Under the pieces are notes generated by a model that did no database searches, was not told the origin of the DNA, and saw only the letters and a program-made list of their open reading frames with translations. Both the position numbers and the translations under genes were made by a program. From the IMG/VR virus record IMGVR_UViG_3300031687_001264: a stretch of 64,000 bases of DNA; one strand, 5' to 3'. Within the stretch, counting starts at the first letter, position 1; each line of letters begins with the position of its first letter. The DNA comes from a virus (Duplodnaviria; Heunggongvirae; Uroviricota; Caudoviricetes). Shown in pieces: positions 19,664 to 29,661 of the stretch.

Positions 19664-20054
19664 AGCCTTCTGCTATGAGCATGTGTCTTAAACTCTTGCC
19701 ATCTATAATGATATCACCAAGTACTCGACCACCATACTTGTCCCATTTATAAATGGCTACTTGTATAACCGTTGCTGCATTTAACATATCTTTAGTAAAC
19801 TGTGACGCTTCTTCACCCCATGCTGCTTCTTTAGGACATTCTGCTCTCCAACTTTTTTCTGGAGTATCTACACCATATACACGAATACTTAATTCCTGCT
19901 TCAATGGTGCTGGTAAAAAGGTAGCTTCAAATGCAACGGTGTCGCCATCAATCACTCTTGTAATCTTATAATCGTAGATGGTCATCTCTACTTCTTTTGC
20001 CATTGCTGGCATTGTTGATAGTATTGCAATTAATAAAATTATAATCGTTCTCAT
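19617..20054 (-). CDS. secreted thermonuclease (SNase-like)
   Basis: Signal peptide plus VIDGDT, RVYGVDTPE and DKYGGRVLGD. Confidence 0.7.
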   Translation of the reverse strand: MRTIIILLIAILSTMPAMAKEVEMTIYDYKITRVIDGDTVAFEATFLPAPLKQELSIRVYGVDTPEKSWRAECPKEAAWGEEASQFTKDMLNAATVIQVAIYKWDKYGGRVLGDIIIDGKSLRHMLIAEGFAREYYGDKKISWCI

Positions 20055-20989
20055 GCTGTCTCTCCGTTAATGTAGTATTTATTATAAAGTATATCGTATG
20101 CGTCTACGACCTGTTTGTAACGCCTACCATATATCTGTGCTGCTTCTTTTAATATATCACTGTTACTTACACCTAAGTAATCAAGTATAACATCTGTATT
20201 TTTAAACCATTCAACGTCTGCTACTAAATGATCAATTTTATCTTCTTCTATATAGGATAATGACTCATTTTGAACAAACACATCTTCGTAATCGTGTTTT
20301 TCTTCAAATAGCCTATGGAACGAATACTCAAATTCAAAAATACCATCACCAGTGTTATCGTCTATGTGACTTAGCGATTTCTTCAAATCCCAATGTGCAA
20401 AATTTAATTGCCACATATATTTCAACTTACCATCGTGAAAATCCTCTATACATTTGTCGTGATAATCTCTATACCAAACTTCTTTCCATTTGCCAATAAT
20501 ATCTCCGTCCATTAGCATGTGATCTTCCCACCACAACTGCGTTTGTTCAATTATCTCATCTTCTGTTAATTCAATAAATGCATATTGCGTTATATAGAAC
20601 ATTGCACTTTGTTCGGTTGTGACTTGGGTGAATATGAGTTTGTCAGCAATTGGTGCGAACCTTGAATCATATGTAGCACCGAAATAATTACTCCACACTT
20701 TATATTGAAAATCTTCATTAAATTTAAAATATTCGGAAAGGCAATCAATCCCACCATCTGTTTCTGTTTTATTTTCCATCATTCTAAGCGTTTCTTGATG
20801 ACTATAATATAAATCTTGATCAATAAGATGGGTATATCGGTTCTCTTCAACTATGGTTCCAATTGCTAGTCGTTCAGGTGTTGGCTTTAATCCAGAATAG
20901 ATTTGAGGACCAAATCTATGATCTTGTGCAAGCCACCAATGAATCGCAGGTGCATGTGCATTTACTACTTGATATATTCCGATGTTCAT
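20051..20989 (-). CDS. hypothetical acidic protein
   Basis: ORF translationally coupled to the upstream 38-aa ORF. Confidence 0.5.
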   Translation of the reverse strand: MNIGIYQVVNAHAPAIHWWLAQDHRFGPQIYSGLKPTPERLAIGTIVEENRYTHLIDQDLYYSHQETLRMMENKTETDGGIDCLSEYFKFNEDFQYKVWSNYFGATYDSRFAPIADKLIFTQVTTEQSAMFYITQYAFIELTEDEIIEQTQLWWEDHMLMDGDIIGKWKEVWYRDYHDKCIEDFHDGKLKYMWQLNFAHWDLKKSLSHIDDNTGDGIFEFEYSFHRLFEEKHDYEDVFVQNESLSYIEEDKIDHLVADVEWFKNTDVILDYLGVSNSDILKEAAQIYGRRYKQVVDAYDILYNKYYINGETA

Positions 20990-21102
20990 AGTGCAAGGTA
21001 ATTAGGCATAGCCATGATAGGCGATGATGTTAAAATTATAGCCAATGTGACTGACGCCACTTTAGCCAATAGCACTACTGCTTGCTTAATATATATTTTC
21101 AT
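20986..21102 (-). CDS. 38-aa hydrophobic peptide (MKIYIKQAVVLLAKVASVTLAIILTSSPIMAMPNYLAL)
   Basis: Not in the ORF track. RBS aaggaa 6 nt upstream. Stop overlaps the next gene's ATG (ATGA). Confidence 0.4.
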   Translation of the reverse strand: MKIYIKQAVVLLAKVASVTLAIILTSSPIMAMPNYLAL

Positions 21103-21111
21103 AATTATTCC

Positions 21112-21762
21112 TTAATTTTTTGAACGGTTAATCCATTCTTCATCTGTCACTTGTATAGGATCAATACTTAATTCATTCAATGACAGATGTTCAGGCAATA
21201 TCATCGCATATTCAATACAATCTACCGCTTCTTCAAATGTCATCAACTTGCGTCCTGGATGCTTGTCTGCGTTATTCGGCAATGTACCAAACGTAACATA
21301 ACTCACCTTTGGGCCACCTTGCCAGATACTTTTCAATCCCATAGCGTTACTCGCACTACGTAATGCTTTCTTCTCTTGTTGATATGTCCAATCCGACCCT
21401 TTTGTAGCCCTGTCCGTGGTGGACCCGACAGACACTATATGTAGGGATTTCCGGGCACTCTGTGCGGTTTTATATACTACATCTAGTAGCAGTGCCTGAT
21501 GGTACTGCCATAGTGCACTACAGTTAATAAAAATGTCGTATTCTAGTGCTTTATTTGCAACAGTTTTTTTCACATGATTCAATGTTAGATCATGGTCACT
21601 GATGCTTTGACTAATAAAATCTGTCTGTGGATATCGTTTTAATATCTCACTCGCTAGACCAATCTCTGGATTACCTGTACATAATATTTTCTTATTAGTT
21701 AAATCAATCACTTTACTTTCCTTTTTACTACTGGACGCAACGTCCATATTTCTTTTGTACAT
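21112..21762 (-). CDS. short-chain dehydrogenase/reductase-like
   Basis: Rossmann motif CTGNPEIGLA and YQQEK (YxxxK). Confidence 0.45.
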   Translation of the reverse strand: MYKRNMDVASSSKKESKVIDLTNKKILCTGNPEIGLASEILKRYPQTDFISQSISDHDLTLNHVKKTVANKALEYDIFINCSALWQYHQALLLDVVYKTAQSARKSLHIVSVGSTTDRATKGSDWTYQQEKKALRSASNAMGLKSIWQGGPKVSYVTFGTLPNNADKHPGRKLMTFEEAVDCIEYAMILPEHLSLNELSIDPIQVTDEEWINRSKN

Positions 21763-21813
21763 CGGTGTGGCATATCGTCAACGTAGGTACCACAATATGG
21801 GCATAGAATCTGA

Positions 21814-23076
21814 TTAGTTATTGTCATTGATTTGTCCTTTAAATTCTGGACATGATTCTACTAACGTACCACGTTGCAATTCATCCATCTTCAAATTATA
21901 ATCAATAAATTCTTGCCAGTGTTCAGCATGTGTATTCCCAGCATTTAAATACTTAATCACATCGTCTACCTTAGGCCATGCTTTATGACTTTTTAAATTA
22001 TACAATGCCAACGTCTTTAAATGATGTGGCAATACTTGTATATTCATACTACGCGGATGGTTTAATATATTGAAATATAACTGATCATGTTCTAATCCAC
22101 GTGATTCCGCAAACTCGATAACCTCGTGTAGTGCACATACATTCAATGCTTGTACCGTACAATGAATCTGAATATATACATTATCCAATTTAGATAATTC
22201 ATCAAAATTCTTTTCTACTATATGCCAATGACTAGGGTAACGAATATATCTGTCACGCGCACCAATTGCATCAATTGAGCAATTTAATTGTACACGCTTG
22301 AAATGTGACCAATATTCGATCATCTTCGGTGGCACATTAGTTAGGTTGGTGTTGTACTTTAAACGAATGCCCGATGCAAGATCATTTTCAATACAATAGT
22401 CTAACAACTTATATTGACTAACTGCCAATGTAGGCTCACCACCAGTTAAATAAATTTCTTCAACCGTATGAGCAATTTCAGTGAATGTAATACCTGTCTT
22501 TTCCCAATCTGGCCATTCAGTCATGGTATTCATGAATTCTAATGTGTCTTCATCCAATTTCTTTGGTGGATCTAAATATGCTGCATCAACTACTTTATTC
22601 CAATCTTTAACCCACATGCTACTTGCCCACGGATTACACATGCGACATTTTAGGTTACATAAGTTACCCAAGCGTAAGTCAACATATTTCACATCAACTG
22701 GAATTTCAACATCTATCTTCACATCTTCTTTCAGCCACTTTTCATTAAATCCTGCTCGCGCACTACGAATGCCAGCATCTTCTTCTCTGAAACAACGCGC
22801 ACACATATCTGGTCGCTCACCATCGATGAACTGTTTTCTGATAGTTGTATAGGTTGGGCTATTCCATACTTCATCTAAATCATGCTTGTAGATTTTATAT
22901 GGCTTGCCATTCTCTTGTAATATTGTGTTCTCACCGGGCGTGCTATTACAGCATACTCGATAAGATCCCGCAGCATTAGTTGCTACGTGCATAAAGGGTA
23001 AAACACAGAACGTGTCACTTACTTTTTTTGTCATTGGTTTAAATCCATTTTGTATAATCTTTGCCATCACTATCAT
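21814..23076 (-). CDS. radical SAM enzyme with N-terminal SPASM-like Cys domain (paralog 1)
   Basis: FCVLPFMH...RVCC...CARC, then CNLKCRMC and LTGGEP. Confidence 0.7.
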   Translation of the reverse strand: MIVMAKIIQNGFKPMTKKVSDTFCVLPFMHVATNAAGSYRVCCNSTPGENTILQENGKPYKIYKHDLDEVWNSPTYTTIRKQFIDGERPDMCARCFREEDAGIRSARAGFNEKWLKEDVKIDVEIPVDVKYVDLRLGNLCNLKCRMCNPWASSMWVKDWNKVVDAAYLDPPKKLDEDTLEFMNTMTEWPDWEKTGITFTEIAHTVEEIYLTGGEPTLAVSQYKLLDYCIENDLASGIRLKYNTNLTNVPPKMIEYWSHFKRVQLNCSIDAIGARDRYIRYPSHWHIVEKNFDELSKLDNVYIQIHCTVQALNVCALHEVIEFAESRGLEHDQLYFNILNHPRSMNIQVLPHHLKTLALYNLKSHKAWPKVDDVIKYLNAGNTHAEHWQEFIDYNLKMDELQRGTLVESCPEFKGQINDNN

Positions 23077-23971
23077 CTAGTATCATTACATGATCAATCA
23101 ATTGTTGTTTATTATCTTGATCATCCAATGCACCCGGAGCCATGTATGCGGGACTAATCAAATCACTCGCTCTATTGAAGTGAATATCGTGACTTGTCGC
23201 CCAATCATTCACTTCGTGAATGTTATTAATATTTAGTACACTTGGTAAACACGTAATACATATACTCGTATTATCAGGTGAACTCTTGTGTATGTCAATG
23301 ATATTATTACTTACTTGTTCCCAGTTTGCTCCTCGTCTAAGGTATTCAAAACGCTCACCTATGGCATCTACACTTGCAACTATTATAACACGTTTAAACG
23401 ATTCGAACAAGGGATAATATGCATTAATATCTATTGTTCCATTAGTAATGAATTGTAATTCAATCGTAGATGAAACGTCTGCATCGATCAGATATTTAAT
23501 TATCTTCTTTACTTGTGGTATCATGAATGGTTCACCACCTGTAAATTTAAGAATCTTTGCAAAATGCAATTGTGGGTATATCTGCTCAATATCTTTGTGC
23601 CAACCTGTATTTGCTTTGCGCTTACCAGTTTTTACTGCCCACGAACTTGAACTATAACTATCACATGAGACGCACGTGAGATTACACGTGTTGTTAATCT
23701 TTAAGTCCCATTGCTCTGTGCCAATGCTATCTGCTAGTACATCATTCATATACATTCGATAACTCTTACCATTTGATTCTTCATCTTGTTGGCACTCTAT
23801 GCATTCAGGCAACCAACCTCGCAATGACTCAACATAGTATTTGTTGTGCAACGATTCCCAATCATCGGTAATTGCAACACCAGATGATGCCGCATTCCAA
23901 GCACAGCATGGTCTAACTTCGCCTGTTACGCCTATCGTTACTGCATGTTTAAACGCCAAGCATTTTGGCAT
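23039..23971 (-). CDS. radical SAM enzyme with N-terminal SPASM-like Cys domain (paralog 2)
   Basis: CLAFKH...RPCC...PECIEC, then CNLTCVSC and FTGGEP. Confidence 0.7.
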   Translation of the reverse strand: MPKCLAFKHAVTIGVTGEVRPCCAWNAASSGVAITDDWESLHNKYYVESLRGWLPECIECQQDEESNGKSYRMYMNDVLADSIGTEQWDLKINNTCNLTCVSCDSYSSSSWAVKTGKRKANTGWHKDIEQIYPQLHFAKILKFTGGEPFMIPQVKKIIKYLIDADVSSTIELQFITNGTIDINAYYPLFESFKRVIIVASVDAIGERFEYLRRGANWEQVSNNIIDIHKSSPDNTSICITCLPSVLNINNIHEVNDWATSHDIHFNRASDLISPAYMAPGALDDQDNKQQLIDHVMILDDSDGKDYTKWI

Positions 23972-24704
23972 AGCCGCGATTCACCTGTTGTTTAAATTCA
24001 TCACTAGGACCACCATCAAAGATCATATGTATCCTTGGTTCTTCACTTTTATTCCATACAGAATGCTTATATCCTGTATTCAATTTCATCACTGAACCTG
24101 CTTCAAATGGAACAATACCCATACCTTCAAATACGAATTCGCATCCATCTGGATTGTTTAATGCTACATTAGTTGCACCTACTCCAACTGGATTAGGTCT
24201 ATCGTTGTGAATGCCCAACCAACCATCTGGTAACAGTGCCATGAACCTTACACGAGCAAACTGGTTGTACAACATTTCATCTTGCATCCATTGTACTGTT
24301 TTAGGGCAAAATTTAGCAATATCAGTCCAGTCACTATGGGTTTCTTCATAATCATCTGGTAAGTTATAATCTTCTGCACAATTAGTATGTACACTGCTTA
24401 TTCCATGAATCGACAAACTCAACCACCCCGAACTACAAGGACGGTGTGCAGTAAAGCATGACGTATATAACAAATTATTTGCTTCTTCAAACAAATCCTT
24501 GTGTGGTACATTAATTTCTGGTATCGATATATATGGAAAACGGGTATTGTCCATGATGTAATCAACATCGTGCTCACTTTCTTCTAAAAAATTCCCTGCA
24601 TCTAATATTTTAAAATCAGGTTTAATAATTCTATTTTCTTCATGCCATATAATTGATTCATCATCAATTTCTTCCCTATCTAAAGGTGATCCTTCAAACC
24701 ACAT
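23949..24704 (-). CDS. Asp/Asn beta-hydroxylase-family 2OG-Fe(II) oxygenase
   Basis: GIHNDRPNP ... YKHSVWN ... RIHMIFD. Paralogous to 17821..18525. Confidence 0.5.
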   Translation of the reverse strand: MWFEGSPLDREEIDDESIIWHEENRIIKPDFKILDAGNFLEESEHDVDYIMDNTRFPYISIPEINVPHKDLFEEANNLLYTSCFTAHRPCSSGWLSLSIHGISSVHTNCAEDYNLPDDYEETHSDWTDIAKFCPKTVQWMQDEMLYNQFARVRFMALLPDGWLGIHNDRPNPVGVGATNVALNNPDGCEFVFEGMGIVPFEAGSVMKLNTGYKHSVWNKSEEPRIHMIFDGGPSDEFKQQVNRGYAKMLGV

Positions 24705-24714
24705 AATTTATCTC

Positions 24715-26274
24715 CTATTGTTCAAATGTTAATGTTTCATTATTGGTTGTACTTATAATAGCCCTTGATGGACATGTTAAGTCGTTATCGTTTATATCAG
24801 TGCCCGAAAACCAACAATCATCATGCAATTCATTTAATTTAGTTATTAAACTAATGAAACTCAATTCCATTGCAAACGGTTTACTAAGCATCTTTGGCAC
24901 AATATAACTATAGATATTAGATGTCCACATCAATGTTCTTTTATTTTCTACTGCTTCAAATAATTTATCATGTCCATATATTAAATCACATTCAATTACT
25001 TCCCAGTTGCTCTGTCTGATTCTATCCCATACTGATAACCAATTAGTATCTCCATCAAATTGCTGTATTACGTTTGGCCATCTCTCAAAAGTCAAATCTC
25101 TTAAATTTCCATTTGCATCTGGATGCTGTTCAATCCATGCATCGACAAACTCAGGATAGTTTATACCATCCCATTGTTCTAACATATCTCGTTTGAATTT
25201 ACAACTCAATGGATCAAAATCATATAACACAAATTTCGTGTCTTTTGTAAAACCATACTTGTATGCATAGTAGAATAATTTAAAGCCCGCAGTTGCACCA
25301 ACATATTGATCAAATACCGTTCCTTCAATTTGTTCTGCAATACCAGGCTGACTAGATTCTGTATTTACAAAATATATAGGACTATCTGGTGCGAACATCT
25401 CTCTTATCATTCGATTTGCTTGAAATGTTAGTTTATCACTGTCAAACGGTAAACCTTGTATAGCCTTCTCAAATTCAATTGAACCAACATGCGGCTTCAT
25501 CGTGGCTAAACAATTCATAAAATCTGCACTCAATCCTGGGACAATTAGTTCTTGTCGCAATGACCATGTCAATAACGGATTGCACAATTTATGATGGTAT
25601 TGTTCATTAAATTCTTCGTGTGTTATCCACGTATTCCATGTAGCATGTTTGATATTTAATCGTGCACCACCAAGTTTTACAATACCAAATAAACTATCCT
25701 CAAAATCTTCAACTATTCCTTGTTTTCTAGTAACCCAATTGTCACTTGGCTTTTCATGTCGTGTACCTTGACGAGAATACCGATCTGCGGGATCTTGATT
25801 GTATAATACATCAGCGGGATCTTGTGCACCTTGCTCATACCACGTATCTAAATTAATCAGTATGATGTTTCTTTCAAAATGAGAATATCTTTCATCATCG
25901 GTTTGTAATATATTTCCTGCAACTATCCATTTAGTGATATCAAATTCTTCATTAATACGATTTATTTCATCAAGTAATTTTAAGTTAACATCATCAGATG
26001 CTGACCAAGTGCCGTCAAACCACATACATGCATAACGATATCCTAATTTGCGCATAGCGATCATCCAACTAATTTCGGATTGTCCTACAATGTTAACTAT
26101 GCCTCCCCGAAGATGATTATTATGTTCTACCTCTGCTATTTCACGTAACTTTTGCTTTAATATAGGTGTGTCACTTAATTCAATACTATCAGTGTTATTT
26201 GAATTGAATGCGTGAACTATTGGCCATGAATTTTCTCCATGATAATAATTCCACAGACTCTGTCCTTTCTTCAT
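24715..26274 (-). CDS. hypothetical 519-aa protein
   Basis: Largest island protein with no recognisable motif. RBS aaggacg. Confidence 0.5.
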   Translation of the reverse strand: MKKGQSLWNYYHGENSWPIVHAFNSNNTDSIELSDTPILKQKLREIAEVEHNNHLRGGIVNIVGQSEISWMIAMRKLGYRYACMWFDGTWSASDDVNLKLLDEINRINEEFDITKWIVAGNILQTDDERYSHFERNIILINLDTWYEQGAQDPADVLYNQDPADRYSRQGTRHEKPSDNWVTRKQGIVEDFEDSLFGIVKLGGARLNIKHATWNTWITHEEFNEQYHHKLCNPLLTWSLRQELIVPGLSADFMNCLATMKPHVGSIEFEKAIQGLPFDSDKLTFQANRMIREMFAPDSPIYFVNTESSQPGIAEQIEGTVFDQYVGATAGFKLFYYAYKYGFTKDTKFVLYDFDPLSCKFKRDMLEQWDGINYPEFVDAWIEQHPDANGNLRDLTFERWPNVIQQFDGDTNWLSVWDRIRQSNWEVIECDLIYGHDKLFEAVENKRTLMWTSNIYSYIVPKMLSKPFAMELSFISLITKLNELHDDCWFSGTDINDNDLTCPSRAIISTTNNETLTFEQ

Positions 26275-26304
26275 TTTTCGTCCTTATCGTCTGATTTCAT
26301 ATGT

Positions 26305-26640
26305 TCATTTATTCCCACAAAAATAGGAACAAACTGTTGGTGGATTATCACTATCAAATCCTTCATCCCATAGATATGTCCAAAATAAATTATGCTTCGT
26401 TACATTTTCGACTCCATGTACTACAGCATTATTCCAATCAGGATCTTCTTCATTAAGTTTATCCAATACGGTATCAGTAAGATCAACATGACTATTGGAA
26501 GACTTTTTTAGTTCAGTAGCATAATAACAACATGGCCAGACCCTGCCCGCTACAGTTATCTCAAATTGGCGCTTCACTTTATCGTCTTTTGTCTCACATG
26601 CGACTATACACTCAATGTTATTTTTATTAGATTCCTTCAT
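26305..26640 (-). CDS. stand-alone SPASM/twitch-like Cys-rich protein
   Basis: CIVAC...GRVWPCC...VCSYFC. Same pattern as the N-terminal domains of the paralogs. Confidence 0.5.
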   Translation of the reverse strand: MKESNKNNIECIVACETKDDKVKRQFEITVAGRVWPCCYYATELKKSSNSHVDLTDTVLDKLNEEDPDWNNAVVHGVENVTKHNLFWTYLWDEGFDSDNPPTVCSYFCGNK

Positions 26641-27325
26641 ACCGTACTCCTAGATTTTGAAATCGCTGCTTTAATTCTTCTATTACGTGATGCTCGTCGC
26701 GTTCACGCAAACGCATTGCATATTCAAGATCTACTATAAAATTCATCTCGATATCAAGTTCACCTGCGTGTAAATATGCTTCTTCTATTTGATGTATATT
26801 CCATTCAAATAATATAAACTGCCATCGCGTCTCACCATCATTATCATTAAACGCTCGCATATTGGCATATGCCTTATCAAATACTACACCCTCTCTATAT
26901 TTCCAATTAGTATCATGATCTAATCCATCAATACCAAATATAATACTCAGTCTTCCAGAATATTTTTTAGCAATTGTTGCATACCAATTAGCATTTCTAA
27001 GACCTCCATTGGTACTTATAATCATAGATACATCTTTATCTTCATCTGCTAACACATATTCCATCATTTCATTAATATGCGGATTCATCATGGGATCACC
27101 ATATTGTCCACATAACTTAACATATCGTACTTTATTAGATACATTATATTCGCTGGAAAAAATCATTTTAAATGTTTCAAGCGACATATGCTCTTGTACT
27201 AACCAATCAACAGGTTCACCAGTATCAGGATTAGTACGTGGACACCGTCTACATCTTGCATTGCAATATGTAGTTATTTCCATTTCCACTTTATGAGCGT
27301 CTACATCGTCGTACTTATATATCAT
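26627..27325 (-). CDS. short radical SAM enzyme (core only)
   Basis: CNARCRRC at residues 20-27. 232 aa with no auxiliary Cys domain. Confidence 0.65.
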   Translation of the reverse strand: MIYKYDDVDAHKVEMEITTYCNARCRRCPRTNPDTGEPVDWLVQEHMSLETFKMIFSSEYNVSNKVRYVKLCGQYGDPMMNPHINEMMEYVLADEDKDVSMIISTNGGLRNANWYATIAKKYSGRLSIIFGIDGLDHDTNWKYREGVVFDKAYANMRAFNDNDGETRWQFILFEWNIHQIEEAYLHAGELDIEMNFIVDLEYAMRLRERDEHHVIEELKQRFQNLGVRYEGI

Positions 27326-28541
27326 TATTGATGTCTATTAAAAAATCAGTAAGTGGCATATCAAGATATTGTTCTATCATCTCACTTAATTTAATCTTAG
27401 GATTGTATCTATTTTCTAAATCACGTGTGTACTTACGCATCTTAGTATATTGTATATAATCTCGTTGATTATTTTCCATATAAGTAGCAAATGTATCCAT
27501 CTCTGGATGTTCTTTTTCATGCTTTCGTAATTTATTAATAATAGCCGATCTATAAGGCTCAGGCCATATCGCTGGGCTTAGTATCTTTGGTGTATGTAAT
27601 ATGTTAGCAGTAATGAATGTCAATTCAATGTCACTCTGCTTCCAGTATTCATAAAATTCTGGCATCTGAAATATATTATGTGCTTGTATAGTAATACCCA
27701 ATGCTAAGTCTATATGCTCTATGTCATTCAATACACTCAGATTAGATTCTACTGTACTCCAATCACCACCTTCACGAATGTAATCATAAACATCATTGAC
27801 ACCATCAAGTGATACTTTGATATTAACATGCTTGAATTGACTCCAAATTTCTAGCAAATTATATTTTTTAAATGTTAGATGACTCAGATTAGTAGCATAT
27901 CGCAATTTGATCGTAGATCGTAGATGCTCTGGTATCGATTCAAGTAAGTCGTAATGCTCTTGATTAATGATAGGTTCGCCACCAGTGAATTGTAATACTT
28001 TAACTGTATCCCAGAACCCATCCCATTTGCCTATGCTATCAAACAACGTAGTTGGTCGTAGGAGACGTGTTTCGTGATGCTCTGTACCCATATACTTCTC
28101 AATGATGTCTAAGTCCTGTACGCGCTTGTACGAACTATGTGTACTACACATAATACATTTCAAATTACAGAAGTTAGAAACCTTCAACTCTATCCACAAT
28201 GGTGGATTATCTACAGAGTAATCATCATTGAGTTTGATCAAGTCTTTATAATTATCCCAATCATCGTCAAACCATTGCTGTCTATTTGATACAACACCAC
28301 TTGCTTCATTATGCCAACATACATCACACTCTGATGGTATCTCATTGCTAGTGAGTGCCCTACGAAGTTCTTTGTAGTTGTCATTATTCCATGTGTCTTC
28401 AATAGCAGCACCCGGCTCATTGAAAATCTTAGTTTGTGCTTCACAGCAAGGTACTATATCGCCGCCCGCTGATCCGTAAGTATGCATGAATGGTATCATA
28501 CAAAATGATGTTGTTTTTGCTAGTTCATTAATATCTTTCAT
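27315..28541 (-). CDS. radical SAM enzyme with N-terminal SPASM-like Cys domain (paralog 3)
   Basis: FCMIPFMH...IVPCC...SECDVC, then CNLKCIMC and FTGGEP. Confidence 0.7.
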   Translation of the reverse strand: MKDINELAKTTSFCMIPFMHTYGSAGGDIVPCCEAQTKIFNEPGAAIEDTWNNDNYKELRRALTSNEIPSECDVCWHNEASGVVSNRQQWFDDDWDNYKDLIKLNDDYSVDNPPLWIELKVSNFCNLKCIMCSTHSSYKRVQDLDIIEKYMGTEHHETRLLRPTTLFDSIGKWDGFWDTVKVLQFTGGEPIINQEHYDLLESIPEHLRSTIKLRYATNLSHLTFKKYNLLEIWSQFKHVNIKVSLDGVNDVYDYIREGGDWSTVESNLSVLNDIEHIDLALGITIQAHNIFQMPEFYEYWKQSDIELTFITANILHTPKILSPAIWPEPYRSAIINKLRKHEKEHPEMDTFATYMENNQRDYIQYTKMRKYTRDLENRYNPKIKLSEMIEQYLDMPLTDFLIDINNDI

Positions 28542-29661
28542 TTAATAATTTCTTATATCCTTGTATATATTCTTCTGCATCATTATTACGTAAATCAAAC
28601 AATTCGTGCATTTGATCTAAATAAATTTCACTATTATCTGGTGCGTTATTTGTTTTACATAATGAAATTAATAATGTATATGCTTTCTTTAATTTCCAGT
28701 GACAGTCTTTGTATTGCTCTTCTACTATCGCTCTCAAATTATTCTTATATGTATCTGTCTGATGCGCAATACTCAACCAATCAGGCTCATGTATAGTCTG
28801 TAACATTACTGGTACACCTATCTCAAATCTTGCCCATCTCATTAGATCTATTAACACTGGTGCATTTAATACACCAACTGTGCAAGCGACAAATACTTCT
28901 ACCTTGTCGTATTTAGTTCCCAATTCTGTCCATTGCTTCAGTACAGATTCAATAGCAGGGAATTTGGATGGGTGACGTAATATATCGTTTAATTCGCCAA
29001 CTGCATCTATACTATTCGTAATTCGCAAGTTATTGAATTCTAATAGATAATCTAAGTTCATCTTCGCTGGCCAGTATGTGCAATTCGTAAATATCTCAAT
29101 ATCGATCTGAGGTGCAATACCACTATCTACCAATCGTTTAATGAATCGTAAAAACTGCTTATGCATGAACGGCTCACCACCTGTCACTTTCATATATTTC
29201 AAATGAGATAGTTGATCCATGGATAGTGCATCTAAATCATATTCTCTATTCTTTGCAAAATGTTCTAATACTTCAACCATCACTAAATCAATCGCTAGTG
29301 CGTCTTTATCCCATGTATGACTATACTCAGGTCCGCAACCAACACATGCAAGATTACATAGATTGCCCACTGTAATCTCTAGATATTCTAATTGGATTGA
29401 ATCTGTGAAATCATCAAAGAATTCGTCTGCTTCTGTTCGCATACTAGTAAGACCAGTATCTTCATCGGCTTTGCATTTCCAGCAACCCTCATGCCATTCG
29501 TTCCTTAACATCGTCTCGCGAATATCTTTAAACACATACTTGTTATCATCATCAGATAAGTAACGATCATGAAATTTACAACATGGTGTAGCGGGAGTAC
29601 CGTTTGCAAGCATTGCTGCTTTGAACGGATATGCACAAGCGTTACTCGGCAAATTTGCCAT
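28528..29661 (-). CDS. radical SAM enzyme with N-terminal SPASM-like Cys domain (paralog 4)
   Basis: CAYPF...TPCC...EGCWKC, then CNLACVGC and VTGGEP. Confidence 0.7.
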   Translation of the reverse strand: MANLPSNACAYPFKAAMLANGTPATPCCKFHDRYLSDDDNKYVFKDIRETMLRNEWHEGCWKCKADEDTGLTSMRTEADEFFDDFTDSIQLEYLEITVGNLCNLACVGCGPEYSHTWDKDALAIDLVMVEVLEHFAKNREYDLDALSMDQLSHLKYMKVTGGEPFMHKQFLRFIKRLVDSGIAPQIDIEIFTNCTYWPAKMNLDYLLEFNNLRITNSIDAVGELNDILRHPSKFPAIESVLKQWTELGTKYDKVEVFVACTVGVLNAPVLIDLMRWARFEIGVPVMLQTIHEPDWLSIAHQTDTYKNNLRAIVEEQYKDCHWKLKKAYTLLISLCKTNNAPDNSEIYLDQMHELFDLRNNDAEEYIQGYKKLLNERY

